A DNA stretch of 64,000 bases. Origin: Felis catus (taxonomy: Eukaryota). Under the pieces are notes generated by a model. It was not told where the DNA came from. It worked only from the letters and a program-made list of their open reading frames with translations, and searched no databases. This document shows positions 47,790 through 59,973 of this stretch, piece after piece. Numbering within the stretch: position 1 is the stretch's first letter; each line of letters opens with the position of its first letter. The stretch spans positions 225,496,001 to 225,560,000 of the forward strand of contig NC_058368.1 in the NCBI RefSeq assembly GCF_018350175.1. Reading direction: 5' to 3'. Both the position numbers and the translations under genes were made by a program.

Positions 47790-49959
47790 AAAAGCCATCT
47801 TAAGGAATTGTAAAGAAGGTAGACAAAAATAGAATATAAAATCAGGGCTGAATCGGTTGGCAAGGTCGGAACCCTGTAACCGTGGAATGAACTCTTGATG
47901 GCATCACATGTTCATAATTGAGGCATCTTGCTCTTCAGCACCATTTGTTCGGTTTTGACTTTGAATCGAGAGTGGGGGATACCAGTGAGCCTTTGTACCT
48001 GTATCTGGGGAAGAGTGAGCCAAGGTTAGTTTTTTCCTGGACGGTTTTCTTCTTTTCCTTGCTTTTTACCTCCTGTCATTTGTGTACTTTTCATGTGATC
48101 CTCTGCAAGGAAGCTGCCGTCCAGGTAGCCGATGGGGGTAACAGAGTTTGACCCTCTGGGCAGGACAACAGGAAAAAATGGGAGTGCCTCATGATTCTTG
48201 GCAGGTGGGGGCATGGGATCCTATCTAAAGACATGGGACGGATTGTCAGTGAACTTTGCATCATGAATGCACACGTTCCTCTCTTTGCAGCCATACTGTT
48301 AAAGATGTGCTTGCGTTGTTTGAGACACTGCATGTCTGCCTATGGGTCTCAGGCCCATAGGTGAGGCCAGGAAATGGTGTTAATAATGACGTGGATGATG
48401 TAGCTGAAAGTTACAAATATAATGTACATACACATAGCTGGCATACATTTCTTATAAAAATATACAGTACTTCAGCAATATCCTCAAGGAGTTGGGTCGG
48501 CCTGTCTGTGGAGTGACTTAACCCTTGTGGCAAAATCTTAGGGTTCGGGGGGACGGGGGTGGATTGTGTCTCTGAGTCTGAAGCAGAATGTCAGCAACAC
48601 GTTTTCCTCTGGAATCCAGTGGCCCATCAGCTCTGGTGGGCATACGATGGTTGTCGGGGTTGCCCGTATGGAACACGAAAGGCATCGCCATTCCACAGCC
48701 AGCGGTAAAGCGGGACAGACTTGGGGTCCTCAAGCCACACGTTTCCATCATCACGGGCTGTATGCTCAACGTTTCTCTCTTGAGCCCCCCCTTGATTCCC
48801 TGGCCCTCCTCAGCAGCCGGGGCAGGGTGGAGCACTGACCTCGGCCCCTGGTTGACATGTCCTTTGGGACATGAGCCTAATGCCACCCGGGTTCCGCTTA
48901 GAGCCTGGTTGCGGCGAGCCTCTTTAGAATCTGGTACGGTTGTTCAGAAATGATTGCCAGCCTCGGGTCCGAGCCCCTGCAGTCACGAGGGGAGGCAGTG
49001 AGCCCGAGATCACTCACCCCGTGGGCCCCACACTGTGCGTGCTGTGTGGCCAGGGCGTGGGGAGACCAACCCCCGCGGCGGGGATGCTAGGACACCGTGG
49101 TCTCCCCGGCCTCTCCACCGCATTTCCAGGCCCCCTCCTGGGCCACCTCTGGAGGGGAGGCGGCGTAGACTTCACCTTCCCCGTGTGTTTCTAATCTGCG
49201 GGCTCTGCCCCCTCTGCTGTGTCCGTGCCGCGTTTCCCACGCTCGTTTTGTACACGGGCTTTTGCTCCTCTCTTCATTCCTGTCTGCACCGTCTCCAAGC
49301 TTTCTGGCAAGTTTTGTGTTGGGGTTTGTGAGCACAGAGGACAGGTTTTTGTCTGTACAGTTCAAGCATCTGTGTACAAGCGTCAAAAGTCAGCTGTAAT
49401 TCACATGAAAAACAAAACAGACTGGACGGAGGGAGGAAAAGGAGAGTGTCCCTCTAACCCCATCGTCAAGCCGTCTGCCTCCTGGACCTCTTTCCTTATG
49501 TCTGTCCGGCACTTGGCAGGCTCTCACCGCCCCCTCCCTTCTGTACGCACCTGCTCTAATGTCACCAGAAATTAGATCTGTCCCAGGTCTGCTGTATCTG
49601 GGGCTGATCCTACTCTGGGAGGTGGTGGAAATTCTTAGAATGTAGACAATGGAGTCTGCTTTCAATTAGGTCACGGACGATGAGTGGTTTTTAAAAACTC
49701 TAATTTGGCTGTGGCTCCAGAACTTTGTATGACTCTGGCTTGGTGGTTTCCAGCTAAGACAGTCCCCTCACCCCCTAGAAGTAATTACCTCGACCAAAAT
49801 GTCGCGAGTGCCGAGTTGAGGAGCTCGCATTAGCATTTGGTCTGTTATAAAAGCCATGTGTCTTTTAAGGTGGATTGGAATAGAAGGATTAAAAAAAAAT
49901 ATGTTGAAGAGTTGTTTCTACTTCCAGTGGAAAAACCATTGACTGTAAAACAGGAGGGA

Positions 49960-50352
49960 TTTCATTCATATGTGGAATCTAACCCCTATCCCACCCCCCC
50001 CCAAAAAACAACATAGATACAGAGGGCAGTTCAATGGTTTGTGGGGGGCAGTGGGGGGAGATGGGAGAAGTAGGTAAAGGAGGTCAAAAGGTACAAACTT
50101 CTAGTTAGAGTTAAGTCCTAGGAATGTAACGTACAGCATGGCGACCATAGTTAATAATACTGTATTGTATATTTGAAAGTTCCTAAGAAAGGAGATTTTC
50201 CAAGTTCTCATCACACAAAAAAATTGCAACCATGTGTGCCGATGGACGTTAACTAGACTTACTGTGTTTATCATTTCATAATATATGCAAATATTGAATC
50301 CCATACACCTGACGCTAATGTCACGTGTCAAATATATCTCCATTTGAAAAAA
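49960..50352 (+). mobile_element. L1 (L1MA9-like) 3' end
   Basis: ATATGTGGAATCTAA, GGTCAAAAGGTACAAACTT, GTACAGCATGGCGACCATAGTTAATAATACTGTATTGTATATTTGAAAGT. Confidence 0.85.
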
Positions 50353-50501
50353 TGGAGAAAACGTGCCATTTAAGTCCTTGATACTATGATATGTTATCTA
50401 CATCCAGTTTCTGGAATTCAGTATCGTCAGGAGCAGGGTCCCCTGGCCCCTGCCCTGCCCCCGACTTCAACGTTAGACACCTTAGAAGATGCCAGGTTAG
50501 A

Positions 50502-50690
50502 GGGGCACCCAGGTGGCTCAGTCGGTCAAGCATCCGACTCTTGGTTTTTGGCTCAGGTCATGATCCTGGGGTCGTGGGATCAAGCCCCTCGTCAGGGACT
50601 GTGCTGGGTGTGGAGCCTGCTTAAGATTCTGTCTCCCCCACCCCCCCCCGCCCCTCCCCTATTCGTGTTCCTCTCATTCAAAAAAAAAAA
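50502..50690 (+). mobile_element. Can-SINE (older type)
   Basis: Head, GAGCCTGCTTAAGATTC, A tail. Confidence 0.9.
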
Positions 50691-51534
50691 TCATTGCAGG
50701 CAAAAGAACAGAACTTTCCTTTGGCTGCTGCGTTTACTACAGATTTAAATAGCCATATTAATGTAGCCGTTACAAAATTATTTGTCCCCTTTGTCTTTAA
50801 AAAAAATACCAAATTTCCAAACACATTGTGATTTTATGGTGTAGGTTCTTAGAGAATCCTGAAGTGTAGCCCTTGACACAGTCCAAGTAAGCACTTACAA
50901 GAGAAAAGTGGGTGTGGTGCTCTGTTCTGGGTCTAAGGCTCAGTTGTGTGTTTGGGTAAAGAATGTTCTCTTTTCTGTGACTCTGTAATTAGAACATGCC
51001 ACACAGCATGGTATTTAAAGCCTATCATCGTTACCTCTTTTTAGGGTTGTTTCCCTACCTTATTTTTAAACTTAAGTGTTTTCAGAGTTCAGAAGAGAAA
51101 ATCATTTTTAAAACCAGAAGAGAAATGCGGTAGTTTTGAAAAGGGTGACAGTAGGTTGAAATCTGTGCTGGCGATTTTTATCTTCGTTAGCTTAAAGTAG
51201 GGATCAGCAAACTGTGTGTGCGTCAAGGAGCAGGAGGTAACAATTCCAGGCGACTTCGCATGGCCGCGGTCAGGGGGAAAAGCCGGATAAAATTCCTTGC
51301 CCTGGGAGGAGGCACTCCAGGTCGGCAGTAGGCGGGAGATTAAGAATCATCTTCCAGGGTGAGGGGCTAATACCTGAGCACCATGAGACAACGATATGCT
51401 CTACCCCAGTCTTCTCTTTTGTTTGGGCAAGTCTCCAGCGTGGCCACTTAGCCCCCTTGTTGGCATTAGTAGAGAGCAGGGGCTTGAATTCAACACACAT
51501 CTTCGGAGTTTCAGCCCTTACCCTGAATCTTTAT

Positions 51535-51537
<3 letters not shown>

Positions 51538-51568
<31 letters not shown>
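51538..51568. repeat. (GT)n microsatellite
   Basis: Read directly. Confidence 0.95.
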
Positions 51569-51572
<4 letters not shown>

Positions 51573-51699
51573 TTCTTGGTCTCTGATTGCCCAGTTACAG
51601 AGACGCGATTGGGTTTTTCCCATTATTGAATGCTTAAGAATGTGCGTGTACAATTGGGAAGTATATAGGTTTGGAAATTAACTTTTCCTAATGATTTGA

Positions 51700-52286
51700 A
51701 ATCACCAAGGTTTAATTGCAGACAATAAAATTCACCAATGACATGTCCACATTTGAAGGGGCTGTGGTGTATCTATACAGCTGCAAGGTTATCCACATGA
51801 TCCAGCTTTCTAATTGTTCCGTCACCCCCGGGCTCCCTTTTTCCACATTCGTGGTCAGTGTCCCTCCCACACTTCGCTCCGGGCAGCTTTTCCTTTGCTT
51901 TCTGTGTCCACGGATTTGCCTTTTCCAGAAATGCCATATAAATGAAACCCTGCACTATGAACTGTTTTGTGTGTGGCTTTTTTTCACTTAGCATAATGTT
52001 TCTGAGATCTGTCCTTATTGATTATTCTGTCAGTGGCTTGCTGTTTTGTTTTTTTTTATTACTGAAGAGTTCCATTGCATGGATTCATTACATTTTATTT
52101 GTCTCTATACCAGTTGATAGTCATTTGAATGATTTCTAGTATTTGGCCATTAAAAATGCTGCTACAAATATTTGCATGCACGACTTTTGAAACATTTCTT
52201 TCAAGGAGGTAGATCTCTAGGGTGAGTTGTTGAAACCTGGGGTAAGATTGTGGTTAGTTTTTTTTTTTTTTAAAGTTTTATTTATT

Positions 52287-52331
<45 letters not shown>

Positions 52332-52565
52332 CAGATGAGAATCTGAAGCAGGCTCCACACCGTCAGCACAGAGCCTGATGCGGGTCTCACGCTCAGAAAC
52401 TGCGAGATCGTGACCTGACCCAATGTCAGACGCTTAACTGACTGAGCCTCCCAGGTGTGCCCCAAGATCGTGTGTAGCTTTTTAAGAAACTTCCAAACCG
52501 TTTTCTAAATGGGGGTACCATTTTACATCCTCCCTAGTTTCTCCACATCCTCACTAACACCGATA
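51700..52565 (-). mobile_element. Old L1 (L1M-type) 3' region interrupted by a SINE
   Basis: TTTGCCTTTTCCAGAAATGCCATATAAATG, TTTCACTTAGCATAATGTTTCTGAGAT, TTTAAGAAACTTCCAAAC motifs. Confidence 0.78.
52258..52463 (-). mobile_element. Can-SINE with (GA)n
   Basis: TSD AAGAT(T/C)GTG. Confidence 0.92.
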
Positions 52566-53611
52566 GTATTTTTTTTAATCCTATCCAGGAAATCGTTTGT
52601 TGGTGATGGAAAGTGGAACCCCTAGGAACCTCACTTTTGAAGAAGGGATGGTATTACTTGCCTCCTTACCTTACAGGATTGCTCTAGATCAAAGGAGATG
52701 GGAACTTTTGAGCAAGTGCTTTGTATGGTAAAAAAATGTTACCGGTGATTGATTATGCGCAGGAAAATTTTTAGCTATTAAACTCGACACGTATCCGTCT
52801 CAGAGATCAGGATGGGAACTTGTCCAAGTTTTAATAAAATGTATATGTTATGATCAGACTTTTAAAGACAGTTTTAAACTCCAATTGTGAGCTTTCTCCG
52901 TATGCTAGGTTGCCATATTGTACATTATCAGCCTTATTTAACAATGACAGAATATAATGACTTGCATGTGGTGGGCAAACTTTTCTTCCCCACTCCAACT
53001 TGGATGGTCTGGTAAATGTCTGCTTGTGACTTCATTTTTAAATGCCTGTGGGTGGCCTCTTTACTGGACCTGGGCATATGTGTTCTATTCGAATAGAATG
53101 GAAGCAGAACATTCGGGGGCTCAGAGAAACCACCAAGAACAATCTATGGAAAAATACCTACTTTGGTTTTGCTTTGCAGGTCTGATTTCACGAACATTGC
53201 CGGTGTAAGCTTTTCCAAGGAACAAAGGGAACGTTTTACATGCATTTCCCTTCCTACCTGTGGCAGACAGCTGCTGTCTGTAGGTCTAGTGGAACTGGCC
53301 GTGAGCTTCCTATTGGCAGTCTGGGCGGATTTCCTAGAACTTGCTTATGAGCAGCTCTTCACACCTGTTGAAAAAGACCTTTGGACTAAGGAGGGTGAAC
53401 TGTGTGTTTGATCATGTAGGACTGTGTCAACAGAGGGCTTTATGGTACCTTCACCTGAGAAGGTAGGAGGGACCACCGCAGCCAGTGAAAGAGTCTGCGT
53501 GGCCGTATAGCCCCTGGAAGTCGGGAGGTTTGTGTTCATCCTTGTGACAATTTATACGAGTTCGGCAATGTCTCGTGACAAAATATCTGATTCGTACCAG
53601 ACAGATAATTT

Positions 53612-53858
53612 TTAAAAATAATTGTTTTTAATCTTTATTTTTGAGAGGGACAGAGGGTGAGAAGGGGAGGAACAGAGAGAGAGAGACACACACAGACACA
53701 CACACACACACACACACACAGACACACACACACAATTGGAAGCAGGCTCCAGGCTCTGAGCTGTCAGCACAGAGCCTGACACGGGGCTCGAACTCACTAA
53801 CTGTGAGATCATGACCTGAGCCAAAGTCGGATGCTTGAACAACTGAGCCAGCCGCCCC
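53612..53858 (-). mobile_element. Can-SINE with an internal (CA)n expansion
   Basis: (CA)n at about 53686-53734; TSD ACAGA(T/C)AATTTT. Confidence 0.92.
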
Positions 53859-54063
53859 TGACAGACAATTTTAATAATCGGGCAGCACATGAAATCCATT
53901 TTGATGTCAGGAAAAAAAAATAGTGCAGGTGACGGTTCTAGCAAGCAATGCTTTTGGACTTAGGACTTGGAGGGTGGAGGAACGACTGTGGTTTATGATT
54001 TCATGATTGTACCTAATGAGTAAAAGTTCTCTATTTATAGAACTTTGAAAGTTTCCATTTGAA

Positions 54064-54066
<3 letters not shown>

Positions 54067-54110
<44 letters not shown>
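54067..54110. repeat. (GT)n microsatellite
   Basis: About 22 units read directly. Confidence 0.97.
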
Positions 54111-54112
<2 letters not shown>

Positions 54113-54171
54113 GTATCTCAGAGCTTTAAAATGTTGCAGTCTCTGACGTGTAAATTAAATGGGATAAAGAT

Positions 54172-54288
54172 GGGGCGCCTGGGTGCTCAGTCAGTTAACC
54201 GTCTGACTCATGATCTCAGCTCAGGTCTTCATCTCAGGGTTGTGAGTTCAAGCCCCATGCTGGGCGTGAAGCCTACTTTAAAAAAAAA
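54172..54288 (+). mobile_element. Short older Can-SINE
   Basis: Head plus GAAGCCTACTTTAAAAAAA end. Confidence 0.88.
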
Positions 54289-54294
54289 GGGCGG

Positions 54295-54453
54295 GGGGCA
54301 CTTGGGTGGCCCAACTGGTTGCATGTCTGGCTCTCGGTTTTGGCTCAGGTAGTGATTTCAGGGTCCTGGGATCAGGTCCTTTGGCGGTGTGATGCTTACT
54401 TGATTCTCTGCTCCTCTCCCCAACTTGCACACGCATGCTCTTTCTTATATATA

Positions 54454-54519
<66 letters not shown>

Positions 54520-54520
54520 A
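54295..54520 (+). mobile_element. Diverged Can-SINE with a (TG)n(TA)n tail region
   Basis: GGGGCACTTGGGTGGC..GGTTTTGGCTCAGGT; microsatellite at about 54446-54512. Confidence 0.8.
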
Positions 54521-54521
54521 T

Positions 54522-54640
54522 GGGGCATCTGGTCGGCTCAGTCAGTAGAGAGTGCAACTCTTGATCTCTGAGTCGTGAGTTCAAGCCCCATGTTAGGTGT
54601 AGAGATTACTTAGATAAATAAATCTTCACAAAAATAAAAA
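54522..54640 (+). mobile_element. Short older Can-SINE
   Basis: GGCTCAGTCAGTAGAGAGTGCAACTCTTGATCTC..GTAGAGATTACTTA. Confidence 0.86.
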
Positions 54641-54916
54641 GATGAAAACAATAGTTCAGGCACTTGGAAATCTTTTTCTAGGTCATTACAGATGGTGTGG
54701 TTTCGGTATGGAGTGATATTTGACAGGACAGTCTTAGAGGATGCCAGGAGTAAATATTCCTTTTCGAAGCAGCGGCCTGCTAATAAATCGGGAGGGACAG
54801 GCCGCTGTAAGTGTCATTCTTGGCGTTCCCTGTGTCTCAGCCCGAACCGCCAATCAGAGGTATGTGACTGACGCATGCGGAGATGGGAACTTCTCCCACT
54901 TGATGTTCTGTGTGTT

Positions 54917-55139
54917 CTTTTTTTTAAGTTTATTTATTTACTTTAAGATTTATTCATTTTTGAGAGACAGAGCATGAGCGGGGGAGGGGCAGAGAAAGAG
55001 GGAGACACAGAATCCGAAGCGGGCTCCAGGCCCTGAGCGGTCAGCACAGAGCCCGACATGGGGCTCGAACTCACAAACCGCGAGATCATAACCTGAGCCA
55101 GAGTTGGCCGCTTAACCGACTGAGCCACCCAGGCTCCCC
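54917..55139 (-). mobile_element. Can-SINE
   Basis: Reverse-complement full-length body. Confidence 0.94.
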
Positions 55140-55337
55140 ATGATGAATTTAATTCTATATTATTTATCCCCTACCAGCTCTATCAAGAAGCCAGTTGTAG
55201 CCCCTTAAACTGCAAGCTGAATAAATTATAAGTAACATATTTTAAATATTTCACTTAACATTTGAAATCAAAACAAATTAAGTAGACCAATAAAATGAGG
55301 TTAAAAGTTCTAGAAAAAGCTGTTCGATGTAAGTACC

Positions 55338-55580
55338 ATTTTTTTTTATTACACAAAGTTTTTTTTAACGTTTATGCATTTTTGAGAGAGAGAGAGAGTG
55401 AGGGAGCATGAGCTTGTGTGCACCAGTTGGGTAGGGGCCGAAGGGGGCTAGGGGCAAAGGATCCGAAGTGGGCTCCAAGCTGACAGGAAAGAGCCCAAGG
55501 TGGGGCTCAGACTCCTGAAGTGTGAGATCATGACCTGAACCAAAGTCAGATGCTTAATCGACTGAGCCACCTGGGCGCCC
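55338..55580 (-). mobile_element. Can-SINE
   Basis: Reverse-complement diverged body with T-rich tail. Confidence 0.9.
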
Positions 55581-56676
55581 TTGTATGTGCCGTTTTGAGT
55601 GATAACTTAGGTATAGCATTTCCACGTTAACACATTGTGTCCTAAGGGTGTGCTCGTTTACTGTCAATTTTGTTGGGATTGAGGACACTGAACTCAGTTG
55701 AAATAACTTCATGCGGTATTAAAGGTCAGTGTTTCATTCCATCACGTGGGCGTACAGCATAGCGATAATTCTTTACAAATTGACCGGTAACCCCCCCCCC
55801 CCAGTGATTCCTTCAGACTTTTATCACTGGTTCTTAGAAACAAGTGGTTCTCATGTTGTGAAATCAAAGGAAGAGGAAATTCATCATTGGAAAGGTAAAT
55901 ACTATGCTTGTTTCATTTGTCCAGTGGGGAAACAAAAGATGGGAATAAAATCAACACCAAAAAAAAAAGCACCCCCGGGGTTAACACTGGGATCTGGAAC
56001 GCTGGAGTTCCTAGCAAACTTGTCACCTGTGGATTGGGTTCTGATCTTTACTAAAACTTTAGTCCCTCCCTTGGAGAGTTCATCTGACACTTAGATCTGG
56101 TAGCAGCCGGAAGTCAGTGGGGTGTTCTGATGCCCTCCTTGTGGGCACGTGTGTGGGGCGTGGCCCTGGGAAGATGGGAGCCAGCAGGTCCCAAAGAGTC
56201 TTCATCACGAGGTGCAGCATTGTCACGACCTGGTTAAACTTGTTTCTGGAACCCGACTGCCCGGGTCAAGTGCTCTCTATCTTGTGATGCTGGGCTAGTT
56301 GCTACTATTCCTTCAGGTCTTCACTTCTCCGACTTGACTTTGCCAACAGTGGCTGCCTCGGGGGGCATTCGTGAGGGAAACCGAGATCGTCCACGTAAAG
56401 CGCTTGTGTCTCGGCAGCACGGGGCGTACCGTTTTCTCCTTCCCTCCTCCGCATTCTCTGGTGGGACACCGGGTCACGCTTGGGGTCTAGTGAAGGCTGG
56501 GGACGATGCTTCCCGGGGAGCCATTCTTGTCTGAGAAAAACATTTCCTTCTTAAAACCTTTTTTTTTTTTTTTTTTCCCCCGCAAAGGAATGTTGTAGTC
56601 AGTAATTTCGAGAGTGGTGATTTGCCACGAAACACAGTCCAAACTCCTAGTTCAATCCTGTGTGTTTTGTTTACAG

Positions 56677-56775
56677 GGGACACGGGTCTGGCTGAGAGAA
56701 AATGGCCAGCATTTTCCGAGTACTGTCAATTCCTGCGCAGAGGGCGTCGTCGTCTTCCGGACAGACTATGGTCAG
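56677..56775 (+). CDS. MYO10: Myosin X, coding exon 2 (99 nt; GTRVWLRENGQHFPSTVNSCAEGVVVFRTDYGQ, N-terminal region preceding the motor core)
   Basis: Acceptor tgtgttttgtttacAG (AG 56675-56676) and donor CAG|GTGAGC at 56776. 33 codons, phase 0/0. Peptide matches the MYO10 N-terminus as I recall it. Confidence 0.97.
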
Positions 56776-57369
56776 GTGAGCTTGACCTGCAGCCTTCAGG
56801 GTGCCCGTGCTCCGCCTCCCGGGGTTGCCTTCCACTAGAGCATGCGTGTTCGCTGCCCCCACCCTCCATACCTTAAAGAGTTGTTTCGAAGTGGGAACAC
56901 CAAATCCCGGAAAGAACGTGTAACATACACCGTCGCGTGTGAGATGCAGTCCAATTCTCCAAATGGAACACACACGGTGTTCTAGCCAGTGCAGGGCAGA
57001 AAAGCGCTAGACTTGGCTGATTCTCTCCCCCGGGAATCCTGCCAAAGGATCCAGAAGGGACAGGGGTGCAAGCATTTGAGAAAAGTTGCCCAATCATTGA
57101 TACGTGCATCTTGGTTTCATTTCCACTTTCCCTTAAAATTCTGAGATTCCTGAGAGGGTTGGAAATAACCCGTCTGCCAGTGAGAATGTGGGCTGCTTCT
57201 GGTTCCCCGTTCTTTAGTGTAACATGAAGGCTGTAGTATCACTGAAAACAGACAGGTGAATTCAGAAACCGAATATTACATTTGGGCAGTTGCGAAAGGA
57301 GGCTGGTGTCTCTATTTTATAAAGGAAACTAATTTGAATGCTACAGAGGGATCCCTTTAAGACCTCTGC

Positions 57370-57543
57370 TGGAGGGGTGTTGGCTGGGGGGATGGGCTAG
57401 ATGGGTGATGGTCATTCAGGGGGGGCACTTGTTTGGGATGAGCATTGGGTGTGATGTGTAAGCGACAAATCACTAAATTTTACTCCTGAAACCATTATTA
57501 CACTATATATTCATTACCTTGGACTTTAAAAAAAAAAAAAAAA
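57370..57543 (+). mobile_element. Carnivore L1 3' end with poly(A)
   Basis: GGGATGGGCTAGATGGGTGATGG..GGGCACTTGT..GGATGAGCATTGGGTG..AATCACTAAATT.TACTCCTGAAACCA followed by an A run. Confidence 0.85.
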
Positions 57544-58685
57544 GGAATAGAGGTTGATGTAGTCTTAAGAAGGCTACACTGAATATCCTGAAAATCAGGG
57601 CAGAGGGCAACTATTCAGCAAACGATTGTAAAATAGGAAGCAGTTATTTGGTAAGTGACAGTAGAAATCGCTGTTAGTTTAATTGTAAAGTAGGAGAGGT
57701 GTCATAGTGTTTGTATCCCAAGTCGATGACTTGGATAAAACTAGGTTTTACCCAGTGGTAAACTTCAAAAGAAAAACTTGGAAAAGCATATGGTTACTTA
57801 AGTCACAATGGACATGCACTCCTGTTTTATCTGCCTCTGTCAGGTCTTGAATACGGTCTTTGTCCAAAAACAACCTACTTGTTTTACTACTATATTCTAA
57901 GTATATCAGTACGACCAAAGGACTCAAAAAAAAAAGATTTAAGACCTGAAGAGAGAAGGGGGTCATAATGCCCAGTATTTAAAGCTCACAGGTTCTGAAT
58001 CTGGTCTGCAAGGTTGTTGAGAACAAAAGCTTCGGTGTCCGTGTTGAGTTGATTAAGGCCAGGGGGCTGCTCGCGTATCGAAACTTCTCAGAGATCGTCC
58101 GCTTGGTACGTTTCTCATTTCTTGGCTTGATAAACAGCGATGTTCCTGGGCTGTTTTGCGGTTCCTCAGTTTCTTTCTCATCGGAGACTCTTGAATAGTT
58201 GCTCAGCATTCGGTGGTAAAGACCTAGCCGTGTTTCGTAGGTGTGGATTGCAGGGAACGGACAGAGACGGCCAATGGGTCCCGTGTCTGACGGTCACGGC
58301 CAGCATGGATGCCGTGCTGCTCCCCGGGCTGGTTGCTTTCTCATCACATTCTCGGGTTGTACAGTATGATCTATAAACTAAGGACAGGCTAAGTGACTTT
58401 TGCCCAGCTTTGGGTCAGGCACTGCTTCAGTGTTTCCAATCCCACGCAGAGCTGGTCTGTCTGTCTTGCCATTGTCCTGTCCCTCTTCCCTTCCTACTTC
58501 CTCCAGATGAGGATTCCCTTCCTTGTAGCTTCTGTGCCTACTTCTTAAGATGAAGTGGAAAAGGAGAACAGTGTTTAAACAGTGCACCCGACTTGATGTA
58601 ACTCGGTTCGTGCAAGTGCCGTGAAATAGATTTTTAGTAGAATTTTCTTTTTTTATGGACTTATTTTTTGATCCCAAAGAGAATT

Positions 58686-58902
58686 CTTTTTTTTTTCTTT
58701 TTTTTTTTAACGTTTATTTTATTTTTGAGAGAGACCGATCGACAGAGTGCGAGCAGGGGGGGGGAAGACACAGACTCCAAAGCAGGCTCCAGGCTTCCAG
58801 CTGATGGCACAGAGCCAGATGTGGGGCTCCAGCTCTCGAACTGTGAGATCATGACCTGCGCCAAAGGTGGACACTTAACCGACTGAGCCACCCAGGCGCC
58901 CC
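58686..58902 (-). mobile_element. Can-SINE
   Basis: Reverse-complement body with T-rich tail. Confidence 0.93.
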
Positions 58903-59579
58903 GATTCGTGTTTTCTTTTTAACTCTTCCCCCACCTCTTTTTAACAAAATTGCAGCAAAAACGCGTAACGTTAAATGTAACTATTTTTAAGCGTAGACTT
59001 CAGCAGTGTTGCATAGCACTCCGTGAGCAGAGGTGGCATGGGCTGGTCAGGCCAGTAGTTCTGGTCACTGTTGACAGTATTTAGGGATTGTGGGCTTAGA
59101 AAGAACTAAACCAGAATAACATGCACTTAAACATGAAAGCAGCTCTCAACTTTGACTTCTAATCTTCCTTCCATCGGGCATCAAATACTTGGTCTTGGAT
59201 TGTCCACTCTGTCATTCCCAAGTATAATTAGCTTGGAGATTTGTGTAGGAATTACAGGGTTTAAGATATAAGAAGAGTGACACGAGATGGAAAGAATTGG
59301 GTTCAGACCGGGATCAAGAATTGAGAGTGGTGGAGGACTCTAGTATCTTTCTTTCCTGACCGACTTCTTCCTCTCCCCACATCCCAAGTTTGCTGTGGGA
59401 CATATGGGTGTGTTCACCAGGGATTAGGGCAAGTTCATGAACTGGTTCTGGTCCCCAGGACAGGAAAAGCTACTCCTTAACTGGGCAGGGACAGATTCTG
59501 GAAGGAATCAGGGTCAAAGACACAGAGCGTGGCCTTGTCCTGGTCAAGCCTGACTATGGTAACTTTGGAAGGTATTGGC

Positions 59580-59580
<1 letters not shown>

Positions 59581-59630
<50 letters not shown>

Positions 59631-59973
59631 AGAAGAGAGAAGAGAGAAGAGAGAAGAGAGAAGAGAGAAGAGAGAAGAGAGAAGAGAGAAGAGAGAAGAG
59701 AGAAGAGAGAAGAGAGAAGAGAGAAGAGAGAAGAGAGAAGAGAGAAGAGAGAAGAGAGAAGAGAGAAGAGAGAAGAGAGAAGAGAGAAGAGAGAAGAGAG
59801 AAGAGAGAAGAGAGAAGAGAGAAGAGAGAAGAGAGAAGAGAGACAGGATCCAAAGCAGGCTCTACACGGACAGCAGAGAGCCAAATGTGGGGCTCAGACT
59901 CACCAACCGAATGGTGAGAGCATGACCTGAGCTGAAGTCGGAGGCTTAACTGACTGAGCCGCCCAGGTGCCCC
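59581..59973 (-). mobile_element. Can-SINE with an expanded linker and no tail
   Basis: Head and body at about 59843-59973; linker is (GA)n plus (GAGAGAA)31. Confidence 0.9.
59621..59837. repeat. Perfect heptanucleotide tandem repeat (GAGAGAA)31
   Basis: 217 bp = 31 x 7, phase checked by reading; preceded by (GA)n from 59581. Confidence 0.96.

Larger units (their letters stand above)
7428..56676 (+). other. MYO10: MYO10 intron 1 (49,249 bp, GT-AG, phase 0)
   Basis: Bounded by the exon 1 donor and the exon 2 acceptor; contiguous reading frame across the junction. Confidence 0.9.

Noticed and set aside
56614..56838. 74-aa ORF containing GTRVWLRENG
   Set aside because: It is exon 2 plus in-frame intronic flanks, not a standalone gene.
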